Part shown: one piece after another, positions 17,687-26,942 of the stretch
Layout: the number at the start of each line of letters is the position of its first letter
Position numbering within the stretch: position 1 is the stretch's first letter
Assembly: GCA_002422795.1 (NCBI GenBank)
Contig: DITJ01000104.1
Coordinates: forward strand, 15,324 to 79,323
DNA length: 64,000 nucleotides
Direction: 5' to 3'
From: Alphaproteobacteria bacterium UBA6187
GTDB taxonomy: Bacteria > Pseudomonadota > Alphaproteobacteria > Rickettsiales > UBA6187
Notes under the pieces: generated by a model
The model's input: only the letters and a program-made list of their open reading frames with translations
The model's database searches: none
Told to the model about the DNA's origin: nothing
Translations under genes and position numbers: made by a program

Positions 17687-19294
17687 CTAATTTTTGTCTG
17701 TCTCAATCCTTGGAAACACGCCTTGTGGAACCGGCAATAAAGTGCCAGTCTTTAAAGAATATTCAGGGCTTAAATGCTTAAACATGCGTTCATTTTCAGG
17801 GCTGGCAAGCAGATCCAGGATTTTGCCGGATGCGCCAGGCATGAAAGGTTGTAGCATTATGGCGATACAACGGATGCTTTCCGCCAGCACATAAAGCACC
17901 GAATTTCTGCGCACTAAATCATCTTTCAGTTTCCACGGTGCTTCTTTATTTATATATTCATTAGCATCCGAAGAAATAGAAAGTATATCCTCAAGTATCA
18001 GGTCAAACTTGAAATTATTAATATGGTTATTGATTGGAGCTTCAATTACCTTGCGCTTATCAAGGGTAACTTGCGCATAATCAAGCATTCTTTTATCATC
18101 ATCAGTAAGTGCGCTAAATGCAGGCACCAGGCCATTGCAATTTTTCTGTATCATGGAAAGTACACGCTGCGCAAGGTTACCAATATTATTTGCCAGGTCG
18201 CTGTTAATGCGGTCAGACATAGCAGTGCGCGAGAAATTACCATCATTCCCAAACGGCACTTCACGAAGCAGGAAGTACCGCATCTGGTCAAGGCCAAATT
18301 CATTAACCAAATCCTTTGGCGCAACTACGTTACCAACAGATTTGCTCATTTTCTCGCCTTCAATAGTCCACCAGCCATGGGCAACTATTTTCCTTGGCAT
18401 AGGCAAATCTGCCGCCATCAGGAATGCAGGCCAGTATACAGCGTGGAAGCGGATAATATCCTTACCCACAACATGCACCGGGGAATCGGCATTTCCTTCC
18501 CAGAATTTTTTATATTCAGCATTATCAGCATCAGGATAGCCAATTGCAGTTAAATAATTGCAAAGCGCATCAATCCACACATACATTACATGTTTAGGGT
18601 TGCCGGGAACCGGAATGCCCCAATCAAATGTGGTACGGGAAATTGAAAGGTCTTTCAGCGCCCCTTCTTCAAATTCCTTGCCACCACGCACAAAGCTTTT
18701 AACTTCGTTATAGCGCGTGTTTGGTATTACAAAATCCGGGTGTGATTCATAAAAATCCAGCAATTTTTTTTGCCATTTGGAAAGATTGAAGAAATAACTT
18801 TCTTCCTTCACCCATTCTACTTCCGCGCCGGATGGGGCAATTTTTTTTCCTTCTTTTTCTACGAGTTCCGATTCCTGGTAATATGCCTCATCGCGCACAG
18901 AATACCAGCCTTCATAAGTATCAAGATAGATATGCCCGTTATCCTCCATGCGTTTCCATAACGCCTGCGCTGCCTTCTTGTGACGGGATTCAGTGGTACG
19001 GATGAAATCATCATTAGAAATATTAAGCAAATTCTCCCCGGTATTCACCAGGTTACGGAAACGGATTGAAACTTCATCAGTAAAAGCTTGTGGGTCGATA
19101 TTGGCAGTTTTCGCGGCTTTATCAACTTTCTGGCCGTGTTCATCAGTTCCGGTGAGGAATTTAACATCATAGCCATCAAGGCGTTTAAAGCGCGCCATCG
19201 CATCGCAGGCTATGGTGGTGTATGCGTGCCCAATATGCGGGGAATCGTTCACGTAATATATCGGGGTGGTGATGTAGAAGCTTTTATCGGCCAT
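17687..19294 (-). CDS. metG: Methionyl-tRNA synthetase
   Basis: HIGH (PHIGHAYT) and KMSKS motifs. The realistic start is MADKSFYITTPIYY at 19294. The track ORF runs on to 19360. Confidence 0.95.
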   Translation of the reverse strand: MADKSFYITTPIYYVNDSPHIGHAYTTIACDAMARFKRLDGYDVKFLTGTDEHGQKVDKAAKTANIDPQAFTDEVSIRFRNLVNTGENLLNISNDDFIRTTESRHKKAAQALWKRMEDNGHIYLDTYEGWYSVRDEAYYQESELVEKEGKKIAPSGAEVEWVKEESYFFNLSKWQKKLLDFYESHPDFVIPNTRYNEVKSFVRGGKEFEEGALKDLSISRTTFDWGIPVPGNPKHVMYVWIDALCNYLTAIGYPDADNAEYKKFWEGNADSPVHVVGKDIIRFHAVYWPAFLMAADLPMPRKIVAHGWWTIEGEKMSKSVGNVVAPKDLVNEFGLDQMRYFLLREVPFGNDGNFSRTAMSDRINSDLANNIGNLAQRVLSMIQKNCNGLVPAFSALTDDDKRMLDYAQVTLDKRKVIEAPINNHINNFKFDLILEDILSISSDANEYINKEAPWKLKDDLVRRNSVLYVLAESIRCIAIMLQPFMPGASGKILDLLASPENERMFKHLSPEYSLKTGTLLPVPQGVFPRIETDKN

Positions 19295-19536
19295 GTTGGG
19301 GAAGTCCTTATTGTTGCAAGTGTGCATTTTATAAAGATTATTTATACGTTTTGCAAGCATGAAGGACTATATAGGTAACTATACCATCAATACAAGTAGG
19401 TCGCCATCGCCAGAATTTTACGCAGTAAAATTTTAGGGTGATCCAGTTTAATATCCTAGATTCCAGTATAATTTTTATTTATTTTTTACCTTCTAAGTAC
19501 ATACTGTAGCAGCTGATATAATAATTCCAATGACTG

Positions 19537-21048
19537 CTAATTATCTTTTTCAAGGCGCTTTCCTTCCTGTTTGGCATTTTCCAACAGCGTATCAAGCGTA
19601 GGCAGGGGGCTTGCAATTACCCCAGCCTGAAACGCAAATAAACCTTTGCTGATTTTCATAAGCAATTGGTTTATAGAGAGTAATAACTTTGAAATTATGC
19701 CGGTGCCAGTTATCAAGTTAACAGGCACCGCTATAGCTTTTACAGTTTTTATGGCGTAACCGTGGCTTTCCAGGAGCTTGCGCAAAGATTTAAAGGTAAA
19801 CAGGCGCTTATGGGTCATATCGAGTATGCCGTGCTTACCATAATTAAATTGCCCTATCAGCAGCATTAACCTTACTATAATAAAGCCCACATTCGCTGCG
19901 GTGATTATAATTTCCGGTTTTTCCCCTGAAAAGGCCTGGCGTAAATTATAAAGGAATTGTTCCGGGTTTTCCCTTTGCTCCAGCATATCGAGCAATAATA
20001 TATAATCAGCGGTTTTTTCTTCTGCTGATAACATACTGAAGTCGAAATTCTCAATATCCGCCTGTTTTAAGGAAGCATAATTTTCCTGGTCTTTTCTTAC
20101 CGGATTAGAATTATAACCATAAATCTTGCAATTCTTTTCCTTTAATTTTTTTACAACGAAGCGGTTATCGCTACTGAAATCAAGCACTGTGCTATCTGGT
20201 TTTATCTGGTCAAGCGCAAAACTATGGCTGCTGTCAAAACTCGTTTTATCTGCATACTCCTGCTTGCCAAATTTATAATCAAATTTCGGGGCATAGAGCA
20301 GCCCCAACCTTTGCACGCGCGAGATAAAAGTGGATAGCATTATCTGTAATGCATATTTTGTGCCGTTAACATGGCACACCTCATCGCCATAATGCGTAGG
20401 GATCGGCACTTCATGGATTCGTTTTTTAGTGTCGATAAGCTGGATGATGATATCTGTATCAAAATCAAAATCATTTGAGTTATACTGGAACGGTATGGAT
20501 TTTAAAGTTTCTATACTATACGCCCTGTATCCCGAGTGGAATTCCGATAAATTAGCCCCTAATATAAAATTCTGGGTTTTTGTAAGGAAAATATTTGCGG
20601 CAAATTTATAAAGCGGCATACCGCCTTTTAATGCAGAATCCTTTGAAAGCATCCTTGAACCGAACACTGCATCTGCCTGCCCACTTAATAAAGGCTTTAG
20701 CATTTCTTCAAGATATTCGGGTGCATATTGCCCGTCTCCATGAAGCATCACTACCGCATCATAGCCATGCTCAATAGCATATGTATAACCTATTTTCTGG
20801 TTACCGCCATAACGCTGGTTTACCGGGTTACGCATTACAGTAACATTCTTAAATGCTTTTTTGGGATAATTATTGCTAACAGAGATTGTGTCATCTTTAG
20901 ACATATCATCTATTATAATTACGTCCGTACTATAACTCTCACCTGTGAATAATGACTCCGGTATCCTATCTAAAACCGATTCAATATGCTTTTGTGCGTT
21001 GTAAGTTAATACAAAAATTAGAACCCTGGGTTTGGTTGCTTCTGACAT
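19537..21048 (-). CDS. Glycosyltransferase family 2 fused to a methyltransferase-like C-terminal domain (503 aa)
   Basis: The N-terminal half has GT2 blocks (VLIFVLTYNAQKHI, IIIDDMSKDDT, VMLHGDGQYAPE). The C-terminal half has a class-I MTase-like layout, but the SAM-loop position reads VLDFSSDN, which lacks the glycines. Confidence 0.7.
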   Translation of the reverse strand: MSEATKPRVLIFVLTYNAQKHIESVLDRIPESLFTGESYSTDVIIIDDMSKDDTISVSNNYPKKAFKNVTVMRNPVNQRYGGNQKIGYTYAIEHGYDAVVMLHGDGQYAPEYLEEMLKPLLSGQADAVFGSRMLSKDSALKGGMPLYKFAANIFLTKTQNFILGANLSEFHSGYRAYSIETLKSIPFQYNSNDFDFDTDIIIQLIDTKKRIHEVPIPTHYGDEVCHVNGTKYALQIMLSTFISRVQRLGLLYAPKFDYKFGKQEYADKTSFDSSHSFALDQIKPDSTVLDFSSDNRFVVKKLKEKNCKIYGYNSNPVRKDQENYASLKQADIENFDFSMLSAEEKTADYILLLDMLEQRENPEQFLYNLRQAFSGEKPEIIITAANVGFIIVRLMLLIGQFNYGKHGILDMTHKRLFTFKSLRKLLESHGYAIKTVKAIAVPVNLITGTGIISKLLLSINQLLMKISKGLFAFQAGVIASPLPTLDTLLENAKQEGKRLEKDN

Positions 21049-21228
21049 AATAAATTCTGAATTATTTTAAAGATGCTAATTACTACTATAAGCTAATTAT
21101 TTCGTAAAGATTTATAATTCCATCTTGTAATAAAGCCACTTCGGAAGGTATATTATGTGTGTGTTATTAACTGGTTTGCCATGTAACATTTACACCGGCT
21201 CTTACCCTAATTAAAAAAACAAGAAATT

Positions 21229-21897
21229 ATGCGTACATTATACCATTTTCCATTATGCCCGTTTTCACGTAAAGTTCGAGTTGTTCTTGCAGAAAAAAAG
21301 CTTGATTTCGATCTTATAGTTGAAAATTTCTGGGAACGCCGCCGGGCATTTTCCGCCCTTAACCCGGCTATGCAGGTTCCAGTATTAGTTGAGCCGGACA
21401 ATAAAGTGCTTCCAGACAGCTACGCAATATGTGAATATCTTGAAACCATATATTCTGAAAACCGCCTGATTGGTTATTCAGAAGTTGAATCTGCCAATAT
21501 AAGGCGCCTGGTATCATGGTTTGATAATAAATTTTTCCATGAGGTAAATAAATACCTGATCCATGAAAAAATCCTACGTTACTATACACGCGTTGGCGCG
21601 CCTAATTCAGAGGCTATAAGGGTAGCCAAGGCGAATATCATTCCGCACATGGAATACATAACCTTCCTTACTGAAGAAAACATGTGGCTAGCCGGTGAGC
21701 GGATTACACTTGCAGATATTGCTGCGGCCGCGCAAATTTCCGTAGCTGATTATTTGGGTGAAGTGCCGTGGGATTCGTACCCTGCGGTTAAGGATTGGTA
21801 TGCACTTCTTAAATCCCGCCCTAGTTTCCGAAAAATACTTAATGATAAAATCCCAGGGTTTGCACCGCCGAAGCATTATGCTGTGCTTGATTTTTAA
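21229..21897 (+). CDS. Glutathione S-transferase family protein (Cys-type N-terminal site)
   Basis: 222 aa. YHFPLCPFSRKVR is a thioredoxin-like N-domain, followed by a helical C-domain. Confidence 0.8.
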   Translation: MRTLYHFPLCPFSRKVRVVLAEKKLDFDLIVENFWERRRAFSALNPAMQVPVLVEPDNKVLPDSYAICEYLETIYSENRLIGYSEVESANIRRLVSWFDNKFFHEVNKYLIHEKILRYYTRVGAPNSEAIRVAKANIIPHMEYITFLTEENMWLAGERITLADIAAAAQISVADYLGEVPWDSYPAVKDWYALLKSRPSFRKILNDKIPGFAPPKHYAVLDF

Positions 21898-21958
21898 TCA
21901 GAAGAGCGCTCTTATGGGGTTCTATAATGTTTCAAGTATAGAACTGCCGTCATAGTAC

Positions 21959-22059
21959 CGTGTCATTGCGAGGCGCGAAGCGCCGTGGCAATCCAGAAAT
22001 ATAACACACCATATTTTTCTTTATTTCTGGATCGCCACGCCTTACGGCTCGCGATGACG
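21959..22059. repeat. Palindromic repeat of the gtcattgcgag...ctcgcaatgac family
   Basis: cgtgtcattgcgaggcgcgaagcgccgtggcaatccagaaat ... atttctggatcgccacgccttacggctcgcgatgacg. Other copies are at 56310-56417, 33152-33178 (half) and a degenerate one at 30833-30858. Confidence 0.85.
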
Positions 22060-22120
22060 TAAAATCGGCAATTTCAAGCTTGAAATACTATATAATGCTT
22101 ATGGGCAGGCTCAAGCATTA

Positions 22121-22984
22121 TCAATGCGATAGTAACAAAGGTATGTCACTTTTTTCCAGCATATCCCTGGTAAAGCTCCCTAGTATTATTTCGCGGAAAC
22201 GGCTGTGGCTATACGCCCCCATCACCAGCAGGTTAGATTTCAGCTCTTTCGCTTTATTTAGGATTGTTTCAGCTACTGTATGGTTTTCAGGATCAATTAT
22301 AATATGGTCGGGTTTTAAGCCGTGCTCGAATAAATATTTTATTATGGGATTATAGGCGTTAAGGTTTTCATCTATTTTTCCTGATTTACAGGCCGTAAGC
22401 AGGTGTATTTTTTCTGCTTTTTTCAGGATTGGCATAGCATTAAATATTGCCCGCGCCGCTTCCATGCTACTATCCCATGAAATTGAAATCACCTTATCCT
22501 GCAATTCATGCGGTGCTATCCCATCAATTTGTGGTAATAATAAAACCGGCCTACCAGTATTAAATAAAGCAGCCATTATATTTCCATCTTTTATACTAGA
22601 ACCAAGCACTATAATATCAGATGCTATCCCTTCTTTCCCGATAATTATGTCAGGGTCGCCGCTATGGTGGATAAAATGCGCAGAGGCATGGTGGTTTACA
22701 TATTCTTTTATATCCAGCGGCACAAGATGCCGATCTGCCAATAATCTTACAAGCTCTTTGGCCTTATCCATCCTTATTCTATTTTCTTCATCAATGGACA
22801 GGATTAATTCCTGACGTATAACGATACCATCTTCATAAACCCCTATATAATTCGATGGGCTTTGTGATATATGCAGGAACCTGATATTTGCGCGGAAAGT
22901 TTTTGCAAGCAGGAATGCCGCATTAACGGCACCTAGCTCTTCTTGCGAGCCTTCAAATATACAAAGTATTGATTTTATAGTCAT
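22121..22984 (-). CDS. Tandem-domain universal stress protein (UspA/UspE-like)
   Basis: 287 aa comprising two Usp-like halves. The C-terminal half ends in LLVMGAYSHSRFREIILGSFT. Confidence 0.8.
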   Translation of the reverse strand: MTIKSILCIFEGSQEELGAVNAAFLLAKTFRANIRFLHISQSPSNYIGVYEDGIVIRQELILSIDEENRIRMDKAKELVRLLADRHLVPLDIKEYVNHHASAHFIHHSGDPDIIIGKEGIASDIIVLGSSIKDGNIMAALFNTGRPVLLLPQIDGIAPHELQDKVISISWDSSMEAARAIFNAMPILKKAEKIHLLTACKSGKIDENLNAYNPIIKYLFEHGLKPDHIIIDPENHTVAETILNKAKELKSNLLVMGAYSHSRFREIILGSFTRDMLEKSDIPLLLSH

Positions 22985-23259
22985 AGTTTATTTATCAATG
23001 AAATAAGCCATAACTATAGCTAACTTAAATATTTGGGTATTTAATTAAAGTCAAACATGCTCAGCTTTTTAAGATTAAGTTACGGACGATATTTTCCCAG
23101 AACTGATACCATAAAACTTATCCACAGCCGCCTTACCACCCCTTATGAAAATCTTATAAGCATATTTATTCCCCCGATAGCTTCCTTATCCTTATTTTGT
23201 AATATTCTTTCTATTGGGTTTTACCCCCGATTTATCAGCGTCACATTAGGGATAAGTAT

Positions 23260-24324
23260 ATGCAAAGTAGCAATAAAGTTGGAGAGATCTCACCAGCTAA
23301 GAACTCTACCATCCTTAAAAAACCATTACATAAGATAAATAATGTTTTAAAAATCTCAGCGATAATTGAAACTATAATATTTTTATCAATAATTACAGCA
23401 GTGAGCCTTTTTGCCGGTGATGGAACCAGGTTCATGTATATCTCACCGCATCCGTTCTGGGTTATTATACTGCTTGTGATAATGCAATATGGAGCAAATG
23501 AAGCAATTGCGGCGGCAATCTTATCAAGTGTTTTTCTGCTATTTGGCAACCTGCCCGAACAATTCTTAACAGAAACTATGTATGAATATATATTGCGCGT
23601 GTTATCTCTGCCTTTTATATGGCTTGTTACAGCATTGATTCTTGGTAGTGTGCGTACCCGCCAGCTAAATGACCAGGCAGCCTTAAAGGACAAGCTGGAA
23701 AAGGCGGAAAGGGTAATAAAGACAATCAGTACCGGCTATAATTCGGTTAAGCAATCAAAAGAACAGTTGGAATTGCGCCTTGCTTCCGAAAAATGCAGCC
23801 TGCTTACAATATCGGAAATATCACGTTCTTTGCAAACTTCGGATATATCAAAAATTCCTGCAGCAATTGCAAGATTAGTGGATGTGGTGCTTTCCCCGGC
23901 TAAGTTTTCTATATTTTTCGAGGAAAATGACGACCTCTGCCTGCATAAATCTTATGGATGGAAAAAAACCGATTTGTACCGCACAATATTAGATAAAGAC
24001 TCTCCTTTGGCAAACCATATACTTAATAAACTCACCCCTTCTCTTTGTGTTACAAATATCGAAGAAGAGCCTATCCTTATGGGGCAAGGTATCATGGCGG
24101 GGCCTATTCTTGATAAGCGTAGCGGCAAAGTATTCGGCATGCTTAAAATAGAAGAAATGAGTTTTATGAATATGGGGGCGCACACAAGGGAGACCTTCCA
24201 GCTTTTATGTGAATGGATTTCTTCTGTATATATTAACATCGACAAGAAAAGAATTGCATCAGGAAGCCAGGACGCTACCAGCGCACAAGATTCGCTTCCG
24301 CAGGAGAAATTATATGCAGCATAG
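23260..24324 (+). CDS. pelD: PelD-like membrane protein: TM region, coiled coil and GAF-like domain, with no GGDEF-like domain (354 aa)
   Basis: First gene of a coupled four-gene set ending in clear PelF and PelG. It has ~4 TM helices, the coiled coil RTRQLNDQAALKDKLEKAERV and a GAF-like C-terminal half. The assignment rests on position and architecture. Confidence 0.6.
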   Translation: MQSSNKVGEISPAKNSTILKKPLHKINNVLKISAIIETIIFLSIITAVSLFAGDGTRFMYISPHPFWVIILLVIMQYGANEAIAAAILSSVFLLFGNLPEQFLTETMYEYILRVLSLPFIWLVTALILGSVRTRQLNDQAALKDKLEKAERVIKTISTGYNSVKQSKEQLELRLASEKCSLLTISEISRSLQTSDISKIPAAIARLVDVVLSPAKFSIFFEENDDLCLHKSYGWKKTDLYRTILDKDSPLANHILNKLTPSLCVTNIEEEPILMGQGIMAGPILDKRSGKVFGMLKIEEMSFMNMGAHTRETFQLLCEWISSVYINIDKKRIASGSQDATSAQDSLPQEKLYAA

Positions 24325-25414
24325 CAAAGGCAGGGAGTCTATAATTGCAGTTATCCTTCTGGCCGGGCTTGCAATGGCCGTTGATCTTGCGGCATTTGCT
24401 ATTGCTATAAAGTCACATCAATTAATTGTGGCTGTGTGCATCCACTTGGCACTTGGCGTGGTATTATCAGGATTGGTATATTACCGCATTTCCAGGAATA
24501 AAGATTACCGCTTTACAGTTTTACTTTTGATAACGGTGCTAGCAGCAGGGCCTTTTGGCAGTACTATATGCCTTCTTGCTGTAATTGGATATATGTATTG
24601 CTCCCTTAGTGCCAGTTCGCCGGATGAGTGGATAAGCAGTATTTTTTCTTATGCAGAAGAAGAAAATAAATTATATGAACAAATCTCATTCGACATGGAT
24701 AATATCCGTAAAGTCTCGGGTGTAGAGCCCTTCCAGAACATACTAAGCAGCGGCACAATGCTACAAAAGCAAGCGGTTATCGCCAAGATGACTCGTTATT
24801 TCCGCCCTGAGTTTTCTCCGCTTATGATAGAAGCAACCCAGGACGCTAATGCTGCAATACGTGTGCAAGCTGCGGCCTCATTATCTAAAATTGAGCGCCA
24901 GTTTACCTTGCGTTATGTGCAATTGGAAAAACAGTTGAAAGATACCCCCCCTTATAAGGCAGAATGGCTGGAACTTGCTGAAATTTACGAAGAATATGCA
25001 AGTGCTGGATTAATAGATGAATATAGCATTTGTGCTTTTCGCGAAAAGGCGGCTAAAATCTATCAGGAATATTTATCCGTTACCCATGACCTTGAAATAC
25101 AGGCGCGCCTTGCCCGCATATATTTAAGACAAAACCGCCCGGAAGTTGCCAATAAATTACTTGGGGATTTAATAAATGCCGGGGAAAATATATCGCCCGC
25201 CGCTTTGCTTTGCTACATAGAATCATTCTTTAACCTGCATAAATTCGACGATGTAAGGCGCGTGGTAAATCATTACGTTGCCGAACTCGCAACACTTGAT
25301 AAGCATAAATATATGGCGAATATTGATGAAGCCCTGCATTTGTGGGAACAGGAATTTAGCAACGATAACCGTAAAAATGAACAATATACAAGCGAGAAAG
25401 TTTATGCAGCATAA
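24314..25414 (+). CDS. pelE: PelE-like membrane / helical-repeat (TPR-like) protein (366 aa)
   Basis: The ATG at 24314 follows AGGAG and overlaps the pelD end by 11 nt. It has N-terminal TM helices followed by a helical-repeat region. The assignment is mainly by position between pelD and pelF. Confidence 0.55.
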   Translation: MQHSKGRESIIAVILLAGLAMAVDLAAFAIAIKSHQLIVAVCIHLALGVVLSGLVYYRISRNKDYRFTVLLLITVLAAGPFGSTICLLAVIGYMYCSLSASSPDEWISSIFSYAEEENKLYEQISFDMDNIRKVSGVEPFQNILSSGTMLQKQAVIAKMTRYFRPEFSPLMIEATQDANAAIRVQAAASLSKIERQFTLRYVQLEKQLKDTPPYKAEWLELAEIYEEYASAGLIDEYSICAFREKAAKIYQEYLSVTHDLEIQARLARIYLRQNRPEVANKLLGDLINAGENISPAALLCYIESFFNLHKFDDVRRVVNHYVAELATLDKHKYMANIDEALHLWEQEFSNDNRKNEQYTSEKVYAA

Positions 25415-26942
25415 GCAGGCAGATATATGCCTTATATTAGAAGGAACTTACCCATTTACTATGGGTGGTGTTTCTAGCTGGACACATGAACTTATTACCA
25501 TGCAAAAGCATCTTACATTTGCAATTGTTGCCCTGGTAAGCTCGGATTCCAAAGAGAAGCTTTTATACAAGCTTCCCCCAAATGTTATAAGCCTGGATGT
25601 TATACGCCTGCAGGTATTGAAGGCAGGCACGGCATCCTTGCCGCCTGCTTTGGAAAAGAAGTTATTTAAGCAGCTAGAAAAGCCCCTTCTTAATTTGCAA
25701 GCCCACGCACGGCTTGAGGATTTAAAGGAGATAATCTCCGCAATAGCCCCATATAAGAATAAGTTAGGCAAAAACCTGCTGCTAAATTCACAAAGTGCGT
25801 GGAATATGCTGCTGCATATGTACCAGATAACTATGCCCAGAACCCCATTCCTTGATTATTTCTGGTCGTGGCGCGGACTTTTTGGAGGGTTATTCAGTAT
25901 ACTCCTTGCCCCCTTGCCAAAAGCCAAGTCATACCATGCTTTATGCACCGGCTATGCAGGGCTGCTTCTTGCGCGAGCGCATATTGAAACAGGGAAGCCA
26001 TGTATTGTTACAGAACATGGTATTTACACTAATGAACGCAGGATAGAGATTATAACCGCAGACTGGCTACATGATTTAAGCGTATTTAATTTATCAGTAA
26101 CCAGGCCTATCAACCATACACGTGAAATAAAAGATTTCTGGATTGATACATTCGTAAATTATTCCCGCCTTTGTTATGAATCATGCAGTAAAATTATAAC
26201 ATTATATAAGGGTAACCAGGAATTCCAGTTAATAGACGGCGCTTCACAGAAGAAACTCAAAGTAATTCCAAACGGCATAGATTCAAGCCGCTACAACGCT
26301 ATTGAAAGAAATGCAAATCACCCGCCTACAGTGGCTTTAATAGGCAGGGTTGTTTCTATTAAGGATATTAAAACCTATATCAAGGCGATTGCTATTTTGA
26401 AAGAATCAATGCCGAAATTGCTTGCGCTTATAATAGGGCCGGTAGAAGAAGAGCCGGAATATGCAAGGGAATGTATTGAACTGGTGGAGCATTTGAATTT
26501 ACAGGAAAGCCTTATATTTACAGGCAAAGTGGATATCGAGCCTTATTTAAAGGTAATAGATATAAATGTGCTTACCAGCATAAGTGAAGCGCAGCCTTTG
26601 GTTATACTTGAGGCAGGAGCCGCAGGCATTCCAACCGTTGCAACCGATGTGGGGGCTTGCAGGGAAATGGTAATGGGCGATAGCGAGGAATACCCATATC
26701 TTGGGGAAGGCGGAGCTATAGTGCAGCTTTCTAATCCAAAAGCTATTGCAGGAGCGCTGCTTAAACTTCTAACAGATAAGGGTTATTATAATAAATGCAG
26801 CGCCTCCATCAAGAAGCGCGTACAGGTTTATTATAGTAAAGAAGACCAATATTGGGCGTATGCAAATCTTTATACCGGCCTTATAGAAGGCAAAGATGAA
26901 TATATAGAGATGCAGGATCTTATAATTAAGGAGGCCGCATAA
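25404..26942 (+). CDS. pelF: PelF-like GT4 glycosyltransferase (512 aa)
   Basis: The N-terminus ADICLILEGTYPFTMGGVSSW matches the PelF-specific N-domain. The C-terminal GT-B half has LIGRVVSIKD, NVLTSISEAQPLVILEAGAAGIP. The start at 25404 overlaps the pelE end. Confidence 0.85.
   Translation: MQHKQADICLILEGTYPFTMGGVSSWTHELITMQKHLTFAIVALVSSDSKEKLLYKLPPNVISLDVIRLQVLKAGTASLPPALEKKLFKQLEKPLLNLQAHARLEDLKEIISAIAPYKNKLGKNLLLNSQSAWNMLLHMYQITMPRTPFLDYFWSWRGLFGGLFSILLAPLPKAKSYHALCTGYAGLLLARAHIETGKPCIVTEHGIYTNERRIEIITADWLHDLSVFNLSVTRPINHTREIKDFWIDTFVNYSRLCYESCSKIITLYKGNQEFQLIDGASQKKLKVIPNGIDSSRYNAIERNANHPPTVALIGRVVSIKDIKTYIKAIAILKESMPKLLALIIGPVEEEPEYARECIELVEHLNLQESLIFTGKVDIEPYLKVIDINVLTSISEAQPLVILEAGAAGIPTVATDVGACREMVMGDSEEYPYLGEGGAIVQLSNPKAIAGALLKLLTDKGYYNKCSASIKKRVQVYYSKEDQYWAYANLYTGLIEGKDEYIEMQDLIIKEAA

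Noticed and set aside
24209-25403. Upstream extensions of the pelE (from 24209) and pelF (from 25278) track ORFs.
   Set aside because: The extensions overlap the preceding gene in another frame. Internal ATGs at 24314 and 25404 give N-termini that match the expected proteins and the coupled-operon geometry.
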